Below are positions 1-14,213 of a stretch of 64,000 bases of DNA, one piece after another. Every line of letters begins with the position of its first letter. Positions within the stretch are counted from its first letter, which is position 1. The position numbers and the translations under genes were made by a program. The notes under the pieces are model-generated. The model was not told the origin of the DNA and did no database searches. It saw only the letters and a program-made list of their open reading frames with translations. Source of the DNA: Trichosphaerium sp. ATCC 40318 (taxonomy: Eukaryota > Protista > Tubulinea); NCBI GenBank assembly GCA_038496445.1, contig JALMLS010000420.1:434001-498000 (forward strand). The letters are read 5' to 3'.

Positions 1-2271
1 TTCACCTGTAGTTTGTAGGTGACACAACATCTATGAGCAAAATTAGCATGATACACATACAGTAGGTATATGTTGTTACCTGGTATATTTAAGCGTTCTC
101 TATTTTCGTTGAACCAAGCAGACATTAAGTAAGGCATTCCTGATGTAAAATTAGATGAAAAGCACGTGTTGAAAAAGAAGAAGGTAGGTGTACCTGAAGA
201 TGCACTCACACGGCAATCAGTGTTAAACACAGAGCAGTCGGTTTGAGTGTAGCAAGGGTAACATGTACATGTACCAGTATCAGGGTATACAATGCCATTA
301 ACGCAATCAACAGCAGTCAATGGTTTATAAACATCTTTCAGTGTCACAGGCAAATGAACCTTGAATGTAGTGGTTAGGTAAAGCAATGTAGCAAAGCGAT
401 TGTACTTGTTCTTTCATAGTATTGTAGTCTCCTCCGACTGCTTGTCGTAATTTTGGTGTCAAAATACTGAAGGTGTCTTCATGAAGTCCAAGATTTATTC
501 GAACATGTCCAGGTACTCCAGTCATTCCAAAATCGCTTCCACTTAAACGATTGATGAGAAAAAGTGAGACCAAGAACTCAAAGTCTTACCTTGCTACGAG
601 GATCTCGTATTTACTAAAGTGAGCGACGCAAGCCGCGCTGTCAATGAAACTACATTTGACCCACAAAAATGGAGTTCCTTCTTCACTATCAATGGTGAAC
701 TCCTTATTGTTTTCTACAAGTATTAGTAACACTAAGACAGACACTGAAATAGTAAGAGTACCAAATATTTGTTTGATAACAGACCATCTATTATTCATTT
801 CGTTGTTTATCCATGAGATATAATTATCACTGTTTTCCAGTACTTTTTCTATCATTGTAAATGTTCGGAAAACCGTATCCACACTGATATGGATAGTGTT
901 GGCATTTATGTAGCTAGATACCGCTCGCGCTACACTAGAATCTCTAAAACAAGCCCACCCGAAACTCCTAGCAAGACATGTCAACACACGGCCTCACAGT
1001 GAGGACGTACATTGAACTCTGACCAGTAATTGCTTCCATGTCAAACACGTGAATAGGAGCTTCTCTGCTAAGGTCTCCTTTTCTCCATAAAGGCCAATTT
1101 AAGGTCTAGAAACAAGGTGAGTGTACACAATAGTTGGTAAGAAACGAGAGAAGGGTGTACATTATCTTCAATCCAAAAGTTGTTACTTGTGAATTGTCTT
1201 TCGCCGTACTTGCCAGTTGTGTAACTGGGCGCCAAAACAACCTAAAAAGACAAAATGAGAAAGCTGGTACGTGTTAAGAGTGAAGATACCTCAAAAAGAT
1301 TAGATTCAGTAGGATTACTTGATGACCATTTACAACGTTTGTCAGTAAAGTCACAGAACTCTTTGTTGTGTTTTGAATACGGTGCCTCACTGTACATCTC
1401 ATTTACAATGTTTCCTAAGTGTGTCATTATCTTGCGCTAAGATAGAAAGTGCACACAATGCTGTGCGCTGAAATACCTCTATTTTGAGAGTACACGTAAT
1501 TGATCCCTGCTACAAGCATTTCCTAGGTACGTCAGGTGACTGTAGATCGCTCCTTTTATTATTTTTCGTACCTTTCCTACGCCACCTACAATATGGCACG
1601 TTTCATAAGCCTCAATGTTATTGAATTTATCATGGAGCGCAAAGAGGGCATCCTATAGGTTGGTGAGTTTTTTTTGAAAAGTAGTCATTGTTCACGTGCG
1701 CGAAAAGGGCATCGTAAGCCCGAGCAGGAGCTAGTTTTAGTGTAGACGCCTTGTAATGAATATTCGTAAGGTATACGATATGATTGAGGTTCAACAAACA
1801 TTTCTTCATTTTGGTTCCAATAAGCAGATAGAAGTGGTAACGAAGTTCCTAATTTGTAATGACCACGTGTTTTTGGGCAAAAAAATAGTTCACTTACTCG
1901 CTGTATCTATTACGCAATTTGGCGTCGTGCGCGAACAATCGGTACCCTCATGGCAAGGAAAGCATTCGCACTCGTTTGTATCTGGGAAAATATAGCCTTT
2001 ATCTAAAGGAAGCGCAAGTCAGTGTACAACCTATAGTTAATCCTAGCGTACCAGAACAAACACGTTTCAAGTTTTGGGAATGTTTGTGATCACTACCCTG
2101 GTTGGAGGAAGACAATACAACTGGTAAAACGACAACAAGAACAACTGCTACTAACAGTAGAACGCCAACGAAGACTGCTGTGTATTTGCCAATAGAAATA
2201 GGTCTATCACTGCCACCATCGCTAACTAAAAGACCTGAAGTCTCTTGGTTTTGGTTAGGAGAACCTTTCAT
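1..2271 (-). CDS. Type II membrane protein with two tandem alliinase/tryptophan aminotransferase-related (EGF-like + PLP fold) modules; runs off the window start
   Basis: ATG at 2271, then a TM helix (AVFVGVLLLVAVVLVVVLPVV) and an alliinase-type EGF-like segment (CECFPCHEGTDCS). APYS, SFGWACFRD, TPFLWVKC and GSDFG..VRINL match alliinase/TAR motifs. A second EGF-like segment CTCYPCYTQTDCS lies at about 200-330. Multi-exon. Confidence 0.8.
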
Positions 2272-2659
2272 AGTGTGGTGTTCTGTACGCAAAATCTTTG
2301 CTAAATTAAATGTGCATCCAAACTGACATAAATGGCACATGTCAATATAAAAACCCAATTACTTTGTCGAATGATGGGTATCATCCTACCCAAATGGATA
2401 AGTGGTTCTTCTTAGCGTAATATTTCGTGGTGTCATTTTTTTGTGATCTTTGTCAAATTGTGTTGTCAACTGTCTTTCTTGTAAGAAAACTCCCAAAAAC
2501 TTTACTTCCCTTTTAGAAGTTGTCTTATTTTGTCAAAACGCCACGTGAAAAAAACGTCTAGTATTTTAAATATCAAGACTCAAACGCACGTTGGTTCGAC
2601 CTGGTCATGTTTTAACAAATCAAAACAACACTTTATTATTCTACACTTATATCACAATT

Positions 2660-3990
<1,331 letters not shown>

Positions 3991-4607
3991 TCAACAATTC
4001 GGAATTTGCCTATCAAACTCTTTGAAACTTCTAACCTTTTTGCTCTCAACTCGAATTTATAAAAATCATTGCAGTAATAACATAGGAACCATTGAGCCCA
4101 AAAAAACGGCTTGAAATATGACGAGTTTTCTGCAAAGGTTAAAAACGTGATTTTTCACGATAGACGCATCCCACAATTTTTTTTTTGATGTAAATGCAAT
4201 GCTTAAAAAGTGTTTGCTCGACTCTTATAATCGAGGTGCACCAGTAACAGTGTTTCATCGATGAAACTCATTCTAAACAAACAAATCCCAACAACCCCAA
4301 CAACCCCCAAAGCTAAAAACAAAACTTATACTTCGACCGCCTCGTGTGGTATTGGCAAAGGAATGCTTGATAAGTAATCAAGTACCGGCGCCTATTGTAT
4401 CGGACTGACAACACCAGCAGTCTGTACAATCAGTAACACTGTGCACAATCACCTCTTTTTGCATGACTGGCTACCATTCATATTTTGTCATTTCGCTATT
4501 GTCCATACTGTAACACTTGCATTGGCTTTCTGTTTTGGATGGTAAGGCTTACAGGTACAGTTAAGTTTTGGTGAAAGAATCAACAGCTGAGTGGTTAGCG
4601 CCTTCTG

Positions 4608-6098
4608 ATGAGCCAAAACGATGAACCGCCTGCAAAGCGGCAAAAAATGACCAAACAGGTATTGAATGACCAAAATTTGATTAAAAGTGTATTCACACGC
4701 TATTCAGACGCCCAGAGACGAAGAAAAACCCAAGGATACAAGGCCTAGCATTTTTTTTCAACCACCGGCCGCTTTCTCTCTAGAAGAGTGCCTGGATGGT
4801 AATTTAACACTGGTAAAACGCAGCAACACCATTTAAAATCGTTTATCGCTAAGTAACCTTTCAAAGCCTCTACAATTTGATCCAACAGAATCAAATACAA
4901 CTAAACGCGTAGGAATAAATGATGTGGTTATAGGCGAGTCAAAAACGGAGACTGTAAAGGTACATTATCACGTTTTTAAACACATTTTAGGTTTTTTTTG
5001 ACAGTCGTTGTAGTACCATCCATACGCCGTTACGATACCAAACATAGCTAAAATAGCTGAGAATATAAACAATGAACTTCATTTAACATCTCCTGCTGCT
5101 AAAACAATACGTGGGGCAACGACAGAGGTAGCTTTGATGCTTCTAAGAGAGATTATGAGATTTAAGGAAGCAGAACCAAAGAATCAACCAACGATGGTCT
5201 ATCCATCACATGTCAAGGTATTTGAAAGAAGTATAAAGTATATTAAACTCCCTCTTACAATATCAGAGAGTCCTCTTATCGTTCAAAGAGTTTGAGCCGC
5301 TGGTGAAACGAATGAAGGATAAAGGTGAAAAAAACCACGTGTTTTTTTATTCTTAGTTTAATTGTTAGGTGTATCTTTTCAAGAGAGTGGTTTAACGCCA
5401 TCTGTAACACTTTCTGATCTACCTAATAACTTGTACTCTATAAACAAGGTACACTATCCAAAGATCTAGATAATACCGTTCGTAATGTTGCAAAAATTAA
5501 AATTGACATTGTTTGCAAAAGGCTTTTTTGGAAGAGCCAAAAGAAGACGACTTGGTTACTCTGAATCCTCTGTTCATCGGATCGTATGAATGTACGTATT
5601 TTTGGTAGCACGATCTTTGCTTTAACAGTAATATTTGTTCAAGCAGAACACTAACAATTCCGCACCATGGTATTGCTCAAGAAACAGATAAGATAGCTTG
5701 GATTGAAACATAGACTCCTGGAACTGTTGCTATCGCTTTTTAAGACGTTGTTGATTTTGCTACTGGTAAGGCAAAAGTAGGAAACGGTGGCAATAAACGT
5801 TACTGCGAAACAGCTTCAGTACAGAAACAAGGAGGGACTCCGCTTACGCACACAGCTATTATTGGTTTGTAAACATTACTATTCTCAATAAGATGTACTG
5901 TTCTGATATCTTGCATTATTAGAACGAATTAAACTAGTGATTATCAAAATATCTATCTACGGTTTATTTCTGACGGTTTTTTGTACTAAACGCTACAAGG
6001 AACTGCTGGATTATTATTAGAAGTCTTCGTTTTAAAAGAACGCAAGAAGCAGCCCAAAGAAGAATGCAAGACCTAGGTTGGCTACAAAGAATGATGTA
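4608..6098 (+). CDS. Multi-exon nuclear protein with a putative histone-fold domain; 3' end uncertain
   Basis: MSQNDEPPAKRQK (NLS-like). Exons at about 5010-5310 translate as TIPNIAKIAENINNELHLTSPAAKTIRGATTEVALMLLREIMRFKEAE..TMVYPSHVKRVLLSFKEFEPL, which has the helix pattern of a histone fold. Confidence 0.45.
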
Positions 6099-6122
6099 AG
6101 TTTACAGCTTATGAAAAAACAA

Positions 6123-8895
6123 TTATTTGTACCAAGAGATACCGCGGGAGAATTTTGGCCTCTCAAGGCTGTATCTTCGGAGGTTACACCTGAAACAAAA
6201 CATAAGAAAAAAATAGGAACAGGGTGAAATGTTTACCAAAGAGAGAAAAGCATAAATCAGCTCCGGCTGCATCGTAGCAATTGTTTCCATCTGTCCATGA
6301 TCTGCAAGTATTTTTCTTGCCCAAAAATATGTTTTGAGAGTCTCGCCATTGGAACTTGAATCCACTTGAAGTAGAGCTCAATCTCCAAAAGAATTGGTTA
6401 CCCTCGTTTCCATATGATACATAAGGAAGGACGTGAACCCAATAGCTTCCTATTAAAAATAAGAAAGAACCAAAGGATAAACAAAACAAGTTGTTTCTTG
6501 ATGTGCTTTATTTGTTGAAGGTGTCACGTGCCTGGGGATAGAACGCAATCATCTTTCGGTAAGAAAAGAGACAATACATCAGTTGTATCAGGAGCAAGAA
6601 TTTGTGCATTTTCTTCTTTACAAACGACTGGTCCAGGTTTACCTTTAAGCTCAAATGTCAGCTTATATCGGGTATGCTAAGAAATAGTGGTTTGGTTTAC
6701 CTCTACTACTACGGTATATAAACACAGAGACGCTGTCGATATCAATATTTGAGTTTTGTGGCTCAAAGCGACCTTCAACTGTAACTATTTTGATTCTCCA
6801 TTTAATATCTGTTTCAGTTGTTAGCATTTTAAGCCAGGGATATAATGACTTACTGTTTGGAACGAAGAAATCATCAGCAGAGTCACCACCACCGTTAAAG
6901 TCAGGAAAGTATTGTGCAGGGAATCTGTTGGTCAAACAACTTTTGCGTTGATCAAAGAGAATATGTGGAGGCACCTAAAGAATCTATCAATTGACAAGCT
7001 ACAACTACAATTCCTACAGGAGTACCACCGCCTGTTGAAGGAGTTGGCGTAGCGGTTGCAGCTGTTGGTGTCACTGTTGGCGGAGGAGGAGGTGGAGGCG
7101 TTCCCTAGAGTTGCGTTATGAATTGAACAAATCTTTGACAACTTACGCTGCCAGTTGTAAATGCTAGTTTTGCACAAGATTCGGAATCTTCGATATGAGC
7201 TCTAATGACTTGATTTACACGTTCACTCCTACACTTGTTTTTAGAAAACAATGATTAAACAAATATCAACGTACTGGAATCCGTGTTTGCCTACTTCTCC
7301 CATGACTAATGCAAGTTGGCAGTAGGACCAACAAGGTGACTTGTTCAGAGGTCCTGAACCAGTAACACAATAACTCATACATACACCTGTAAGTAAAACG
7401 TCAGAAACTATCACCTGAACTTGATTTAGACTCACCTGCATCTGAAGGTACAGGGCCATTGTTTCCGCAATTATCTATAACAGGCGAAAACTGCTTGGTG
7501 TCGTGAGTATGCTGAGATCCTAACAAATGCCCAACCTGACGTATTAGAATAAACGCGACATAAAAAGAAAGAAGTTAACAATCATACTTCGTGGGCGATA
7601 ATATATGGGTCATGAATGGCATCAAACTCATCTGTACCGTATGTACCAGAAATACCAGCTTCACAATACTTGTATTGATCACATAGGCCACCTAATCATA
7701 TTAGAAATTGCCCTCGTAATCAAGTAAAGCATGCTTACCAACTCTTTGGGCAAATCCACCTGCTCTTCCACCTCTGAGTGCAGCGCCAAAATTGAATTCG
7801 AGATTTGGGAAGGAACGTTCAATATATCCTTTCATAGACGAAGCGCTTCCTGCACCAAAAGAACTTATACCGAGTTGAACAACATCAATTGTTGCAAAGA
7901 AATCGCGTTCATACATAGCAGATACCTAAAAATAGAAATCAAAACAACCTTCGGGCGCACGTGCTACGTTTGATGAAATTAAAAGACAACCAAAAAAAAG
8001 CTAATGTCTCATTTGCCACACGTACCACGCCAATAATGGTCATCATGTAATCACGTGCTTCGGCATCGTTGTTAAATTTGTTTCTGAAGTTACTATCAGT
8101 TTCAAATGCGCCCTTAAGCGAATATTTCTTTCCATTTGTTGTTGATAATCCGTTGCTCTCTACAGCACGCTTTCCAGTTGGATGAAAGCGAGTCAAATCA
8201 GGTTCAGGGATATCAGAATGATGATCAGTTGAGCAAGAGTGATCAACTACTTCATCGTGTACGTTTCCTTGAAGTTCTCCCAACTCAAGAGTATCTGTAA
8301 ATTGCACATGGTGATGGTCTCCGTTAGACCAATGTACCATACCCCTAAAAAGGGCACCAGCGTTAACAGTGACGACCTGCCAAAACGTCAATACATGTAT
8401 GAATAATTGTAAAGTGAAGTGACAAATCAACTTCGAAAAAACAGTACCACTATACTTTTTTGGTCATTCGAAACGTGGCCGGTATACACCTCAGCTTGTG
8501 GAGCAAGATCGGTAGCTTCTTTTCCTTTAACGTAAACTAGAAACTACTAAGCATGGATAAACTAAGATTCACAATACCGCGGGGAGTTGACATATGTTTC
8601 TTCAGCACAAACTGCAAATCTGGTTCGTTTTCATCATGGTGGCGGATACCATACACGTTGAAGGCAAGACTAAGTTTAACGTTAAAATTTGGATACCTAA
8701 AGTTACCAGAAAGGAGATTTCCGCTCAACTAAGGCTCAAATATACGTACCCTGCTTCTACTGAACGTTTATTGCTATGAGACCCAAGAATAAAATCTTTA
8801 GCATGTATACGCAAGAGACCAGGATTGGAAGTAGCGGATACAGCAAATGATGCTAGTAATACAACGCATACCACGTATACCTGAACGCGAGGCAT
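6123..8895 (-). CDS. Secreted reprolysin/M12B-like zinc metalloprotease with Pro/Thr linker and C-terminal domain
   Basis: Signal peptide MPRVQVYVVCVVLLASFAVSA; prodomain Cys-switch-like HSCSTD; HEVGHLLGSQHTH (HExxHxxGxxH) spliced across about 7500-7600; CMSYC Met-turn. Confidence 0.85.
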
Positions 8896-10722
8896 GGTTA
8901 ATGCTAGGTCAGATAGTAAATTATGATACCAGCTTTAGTAGTCTGAAGTGTGAACCATTCCAGGGCACCCTGGGAAAAGTCACCTGTGTCGTTTCCCTTT
9001 TAAAACAACGCCTTTTCCATGTACCCAATACAGCAATACAGCGATAGTTATGTACGCATGGATCAGTTCACAAAATACTGCAAAGCTCGGAAGTACGACT
9101 AATATGGGGCACGTTGAAGAACTAGCGTCGCTAGTCGTTTGGTAAACCTCTACGTTGTAGGTGGCAGAATGGTAATATTTCGGTTTTGTATCTCACAAGT
9201 GAAACCGCTAGTTATGTTAGCTCAGCAGCATTTAAACTGCTTACATAAACATGATGGACGTTAGGCAAGTGTGTCTTGGCACGTGCCAGCATGAAGTTTT
9301 TAAAAATAAACCGGTCTTGGTGCACGGTGCCATATGAATCTTTCACAGCACAGGTGATGCCCTTGTCATAACATAGTTTAGAGATGCCATTCCCATCAAT
9401 TGTTCGAATGTGACAACTCGACATCGCTAGCTACATCGCAAGTACGAAAAAAAAAACATGTGATTTAGAAGGCAGGATCCTTGCTGTATTGTCATAGAAT
9501 TGCTGTGCTTGAAGTACAAGGGAAAAATAACTGCACGCAATGACAACGTTTTTGACGTTGTATACAACGAATATCACGCAAACAACTTTGATAATTTAAC
9601 CAAAATAAGGCTTTAGTCCTCACCCATGTGCGGTATTTCTGATGGAGTTTATCATATTTTGGTATTCTGGATACACTCGCTGTGGTCAAACTGGTGCCGT
9701 TGATAGAGTGCTTGGTGGAGGTTCTTCATTCGCTCATAAAGCGACAATCATTTCTAGCGTACGATTTAGGCGGAGATATATTTGCTACGCACTTTAAAAA
9801 AAGCATGAAAAGATAAAATCAAGCTATTTTTAGGTTGTCAATTGGATGGAACTAGTCCTTGATGCTCTCATTATTTTAACTTCAAAATCTGGATCACGTT
9901 TTTTTGCACCATGCAATTTTATAAAAAATCTTCAGAGCGGGTGTGACTCGCGCAAAATAACGCCTTCATGTTTCTTTCTTTGTAGAAAACGTCTTTTACA
10001 TGAATTCGCACTAATTTGTTTTATTTGGAATGCGCGTCCGCTTCCCATATTTTTAATCTTAGCAACATCAAAACCGTTAGAAAGTGCTTTGATAAACTCT
10101 GCACTTGCCTTGGTACAAAAATAAAAATGGATGCCACATTGCTGCCGAAAAAGTTGTCATTGTTTTTTTTTTCGGATCTATCTACTCTATTTTGGTCTTC
10201 GCACCTATATATAAGCAGAAACCCTAACGTTAAAACCACTAAGAGTATTGGTAAATTAAAGTAGTAGCTAGCGCTGTGCCTCTTGTTCGAACAAACCTCA
10301 CCACTCTCATTACAGGATTTCTTTCCCTAGCTGAAGCCTACAATCGTTGTATCAAATACTGGCTTTATTAATATATTAGATTTTTTGATAGATATGGTAT
10401 GACAGTAGCGGAGTTCATTTACATGTATAAGCAGTTTGGCAATGAAGCCAGCTTTTCGGAAGAACTTCGAAAAAGATAAACAAAGTGAGTACTGCTTATT
10501 TCAAATAACAAATTCTGTTCATGTTAACAGACGATCACTATGGTTAAGAATTTAGCTGGCATAGCTGAGACAGTATTGCAGTCCCTCGAGAATTGAAAAG
10601 TGAATAGTAAAAGTAGTACATGAATGCATGAACAAGCAAAACGAGTTGAGTATCTTAGCTGCATATTTGATTGCTGTAAATTTTAAAGTGTTGCATATTT
10701 TTAGTGAATCTTACAAATATAT

Positions 10723-11978
10723 TCACCGCTTTTTGATTGTTTGGTATATACTTTGCCTGCAATAAGGGCATTCTGTGAGTTTAGAACAACAGGCGCAACA
10801 CAGGTGATGGCCACATGGAACTAGAGTACTAAAGTAAAGTTAGGAAACAATAAAAATAAACAATGTAAAGACTAACCAATCAAGTGCATGCTTGTAACAT
10901 ATAGTGCAACAATCCTGTTTTTCAATATATGCCTTTTGTTGGCGTATCTATATCAAAGTTATAAATTTAAGTGTATACTACCTGTATATCGTACAGTACG
11001 ATTTTTTTTCTGCAACTGTAAATACAAATATTGTACAGTTTCCAGTATTTCTTCCTTTGGTTGATTTTTAAGCATCTCTACTGGGTTACAATCAAATCTA
11101 GTTTCTTCATTCCCCAGAATCAATTCAATAGGTTTGAAAAGGGTAGGGGTCATGCCATGCTCTACTCTGTCTTGTAAGATGGTTGGCGAGACTATTGGTA
11201 TGCTTTGGCTTTCATCATCAACAACAATAGCAGTGGGTATATTATTCTCTGAGTTGTTGTCCTGTAAGGCAGGAACAATCTGTGTACAGTAAATCATAGC
11301 AAGTTCTAGTACTCCTAATTCATCAACACCTTCAAATGAAGCAGGGGAGTAATGATGTACGAACTGTATTGCTCTAGAAGCACAATCTTGTATGTACAAC
11401 TCTAAATTCGGTGAAGCCCATGCTTCTTCATGGTCATCACGTGCATACCAACATGATAAACTTGTATTAAACGAAACAACAGAAGCTCGGTGATCCTTTA
11501 AAAACGCCCTAAGTTTTCTAGGAATACCCCTGCTCATCCAAGCAGAATCATTCTCGAACTCTATTACATATTGATCTCTATTAAAAGCAACAAGTTTTAT
11601 AGGACCAAGACGCATTTGTCTACCTTTAAGCCTTCTATGGAGCTCTGCAGGTATATCTCGGTACGTATAAGTTCCGTCATCATACGCAACAAAAAAGCTG
11701 TTATCAGGGCCCAAAAAAACATGACGCACTCCGTCTCTACGAAGGAACCTTCTTAGATCTGTATCATCAATATGATGGGCTGCACGACCGTCTCGAAAAG
11801 CAACAAAAAACTGATTATCTTCGCCAATAGAAAGCTGCTCAATATTAGTTATATCTTCATCTCCAAGCAATTCTATAAGGTCAGGTGCTTCCATTTGCGA
11901 AATTGCTTGTGTTTGCGTAGTCCATAAACAGTCAGCATTAGGTGCAAATTCTACTATTCTAAATAGTGTTGTTGCCAT
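10723..11978 (-). CDS. RING-finger (C3HC4-like) protein with N-terminal beta-repeat region
   Basis: The 339-aa ORF splices to exons encoding CTICYKHALD..LVPCGHHLCCACCSKLTECPYCR. The N-terminus has repeated xFFVAF/YxDG motifs. Confidence 0.75.
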
Positions 11979-12128
11979 TGCGGTAGAGATAAGCTAATAA
12001 TGGATTAATCACAAAAAACAGCAAGTCCAGAAATCACTTATTCTCAACTTACTCTTTTAGGATTGAGACTTGGAGAATGCTAAACATGACTTAATGTTTC
12101 GAGCTCGAATTCTTTTATTGTTTTACAC

Positions 12129-13242
12129 ATGAGGCTAGTTGTAGTGTTATTAGCGTTGTCTTGTATCTGTGTAACGTACTCAGTCATTGTAGGCGCAATT
12201 GTAGCACCTCATGGCGCAGTGGCCTTCGATCCTGGTTATATACCATGGATAAACGCTACACATAAAGAATGGGTACGAAAACCGCCAACTGTAAAACAAT
12301 AAGTAAATTAGCGCACGAGTTACAATCTTTCTTACCAAAACGTAGGCATACGCTCTAAATAAGGCGTTACTTGACGTTGGTAAACTAACGGTATCTCTTG
12401 AACCGGATATAATATTTTTAAGCACTCCGCATGGCGTAGCGGCTTCTAAGGACTATACAATGTACAACAACAACGATGGCTACGGTAACGCGGATCAAAC
12501 GGAAGGAAAATACACGTTTAAAGGATACCCCAACATCAAACAACCTATCGACATAGAAATAACAAATAAGCTTGTAGAGTCGATGGGTTTAAAGAACTTT
12601 CCAGTTTCTGAGATAACAGCCTTCGCTGAGGGCGAGTCGATGCCTCTAAGATGGGGAGAAGTTATACCACTGTCTTTTATGAACACAAAAAAGTATAATC
12701 CGTCACTTGATCACGTGGCTAGAACGGTCATTTTCTCACAACCTAGGAGACGTATTAAATTAAATGGTTTACCCATGATTAATGAGTTATTACGTCTTGG
12801 TTCATCTCTAGCTGAAGAATTACATGCCATGAAGGAGAGAGTTGTTATATGTATCTCAGGAGACTTAGCTCATACTCATGACAAAGACGGTCCCTTCGGA
12901 TTTTCTGATGAAGCTGAGCCTTATGATGAAGCAATCATGAACTGGCTTTCGAGTTTAGATAGCCGCCATTTAATAGGGACTAACGCTGACGATAAAGAAT
13001 ATTATGATGATTTTGCTGTTGGGAGTGCTGCTAGTTATGTTGAGAAGGCTATTTCTTGTGGGTTTACAGGGTTTGTGATGCTTCAAGGTATCATAAACCA
13101 AGTTGGACGTGAGGTACTAGAAAGACTTTTTTTTTGAACAAAATTAGTTTTTTCTCATTGTAGTTGTTAGTGGACTTCTCATATTATGGCTGGTCCGTAT
13201 CACCCAACTTATTATGGTATGATTGTTGCTTCAATGTATTAA
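12129..13242 (+). CDS. LigB/Memo-like (class III extradiol dioxygenase fold) protein with signal peptide
   Basis: Motifs APHG, IIFLSTPHG, PLRWGEVIPL, VICISGDLAHTH and TYYGMIVA; hydrophobic N-terminus MRLVVVLLALSCICV. Confidence 0.75.
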
Positions 13243-13613
13243 TACAACGTTTTTGTTAAGCCATAGTACATCATCAACTCATCTAGGTTGAAGTAAACTT
13301 TTCGATTACATATCTATGCGACACGTGTCTAATGGTAGTCTATTTGAAAAAAGGGGTCAGTATTTCAGCGACGTAGACTTCAGATTATTCAACCCGACTT
13401 TTTTTTTCCACCCACATACTGAGATTACGTTTTATTTCGAAAAAAAAAGTGGAGGAAAAATTTGAAAGAATAGAACTGTATTGGTACCAAAGGTACCCAT
13501 TAATATTTCAGGTGTAAAAATTCGTTCAGGTTTGTTTAGCGAAAGTGCCCAGTTTTATTGTAACGTGTTTCTATTTTTGCGCACACGTGTACAAAGAGAG
13601 ATATTTAGACGTT

Positions 13614-14156
13614 TCAATCAATCACTATTTCGTTATATGATGTCAACATTGACTGCTCTACTCTTTCAAGTAGCTCATTCTGAAGGTATACAAGTCGTTC
13701 AATAGTACTCATCTTTTGGTTGAGAGTATGAAACAATTGGTGTATGTATAACGCGTCATTATCATCGCCCAAATAGTCTTGAGTGTGCTCAATGTCGGGG
13801 TAGGTAGTACCGTTTTGTGTAGCTTCAGTTGGTACATAGTTTTGCTGTTGAAGATGAGCTTGCCTCTGCTGTTGTTCCTGGTTTTGGCCATTTGTAAATA
13901 CGTGCGTAGGTAGCGGTAGGGCACTCTCAGGTTCTTGAGGTATCGGGGTTTCATCACGGTCGTTACAATAGTTACTTTTAAATACATGATCATCCAAGGC
14001 TCTACGCGCACGTTTCCGTTTTGCTATATCTGTACACGTGGAATCAAGCCCTTTTATGACACATCTGGTACAAGGTCTTTCATCAACGCAGGCGGCATGA
14101 GCAGCACGACAATTTGAACAAGCTTTTTTAACCTGTCGGCGCTTTCGTTTTTCCAT
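13614..14156 (-). CDS. Zn(II)2Cys6 binuclear cluster transcription factor
   Basis: KACSNCRAAHAACVDERPCTRCVIKGLDSTC, followed by a Gln-rich region and a C-terminal coiled coil. Confidence 0.9.
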   Translation of the reverse strand: MEKRKRRQVKKACSNCRAAHAACVDERPCTRCVIKGLDSTCTDIAKRKRARRALDDHVFKSNYCNDRDETPIPQEPESALPLPTHVFTNGQNQEQQQRQAHLQQQNYVPTEATQNGTTYPDIEHTQDYLGDDNDALYIHQLFHTLNQKMSTIERLVYLQNELLERVEQSMLTSYNEIVID

Positions 14157-14213
14157 CTTTTTTTAGAACAAAAAAAGTCAAGACAAATACTGTAGCTGTT
14201 TTTTTTCGATAGG

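Noticed and set aside
4390-4435. Imperfect hairpin attgtatcggactg...cagtctgtacaat as a possible ncRNA
   Set aside because: A single short stem with no family motifs; compatible with chance.
5530-5770. Second histone fold (histone doublet) in the 4608 gene
   Set aside because: The reading frame and splicing are ambiguous, so it cannot be supported.
8950-10650. Short ORFs between the protease and RING genes
   Set aside because: No coherent spliced model or domain could be built; at most a decayed gene.
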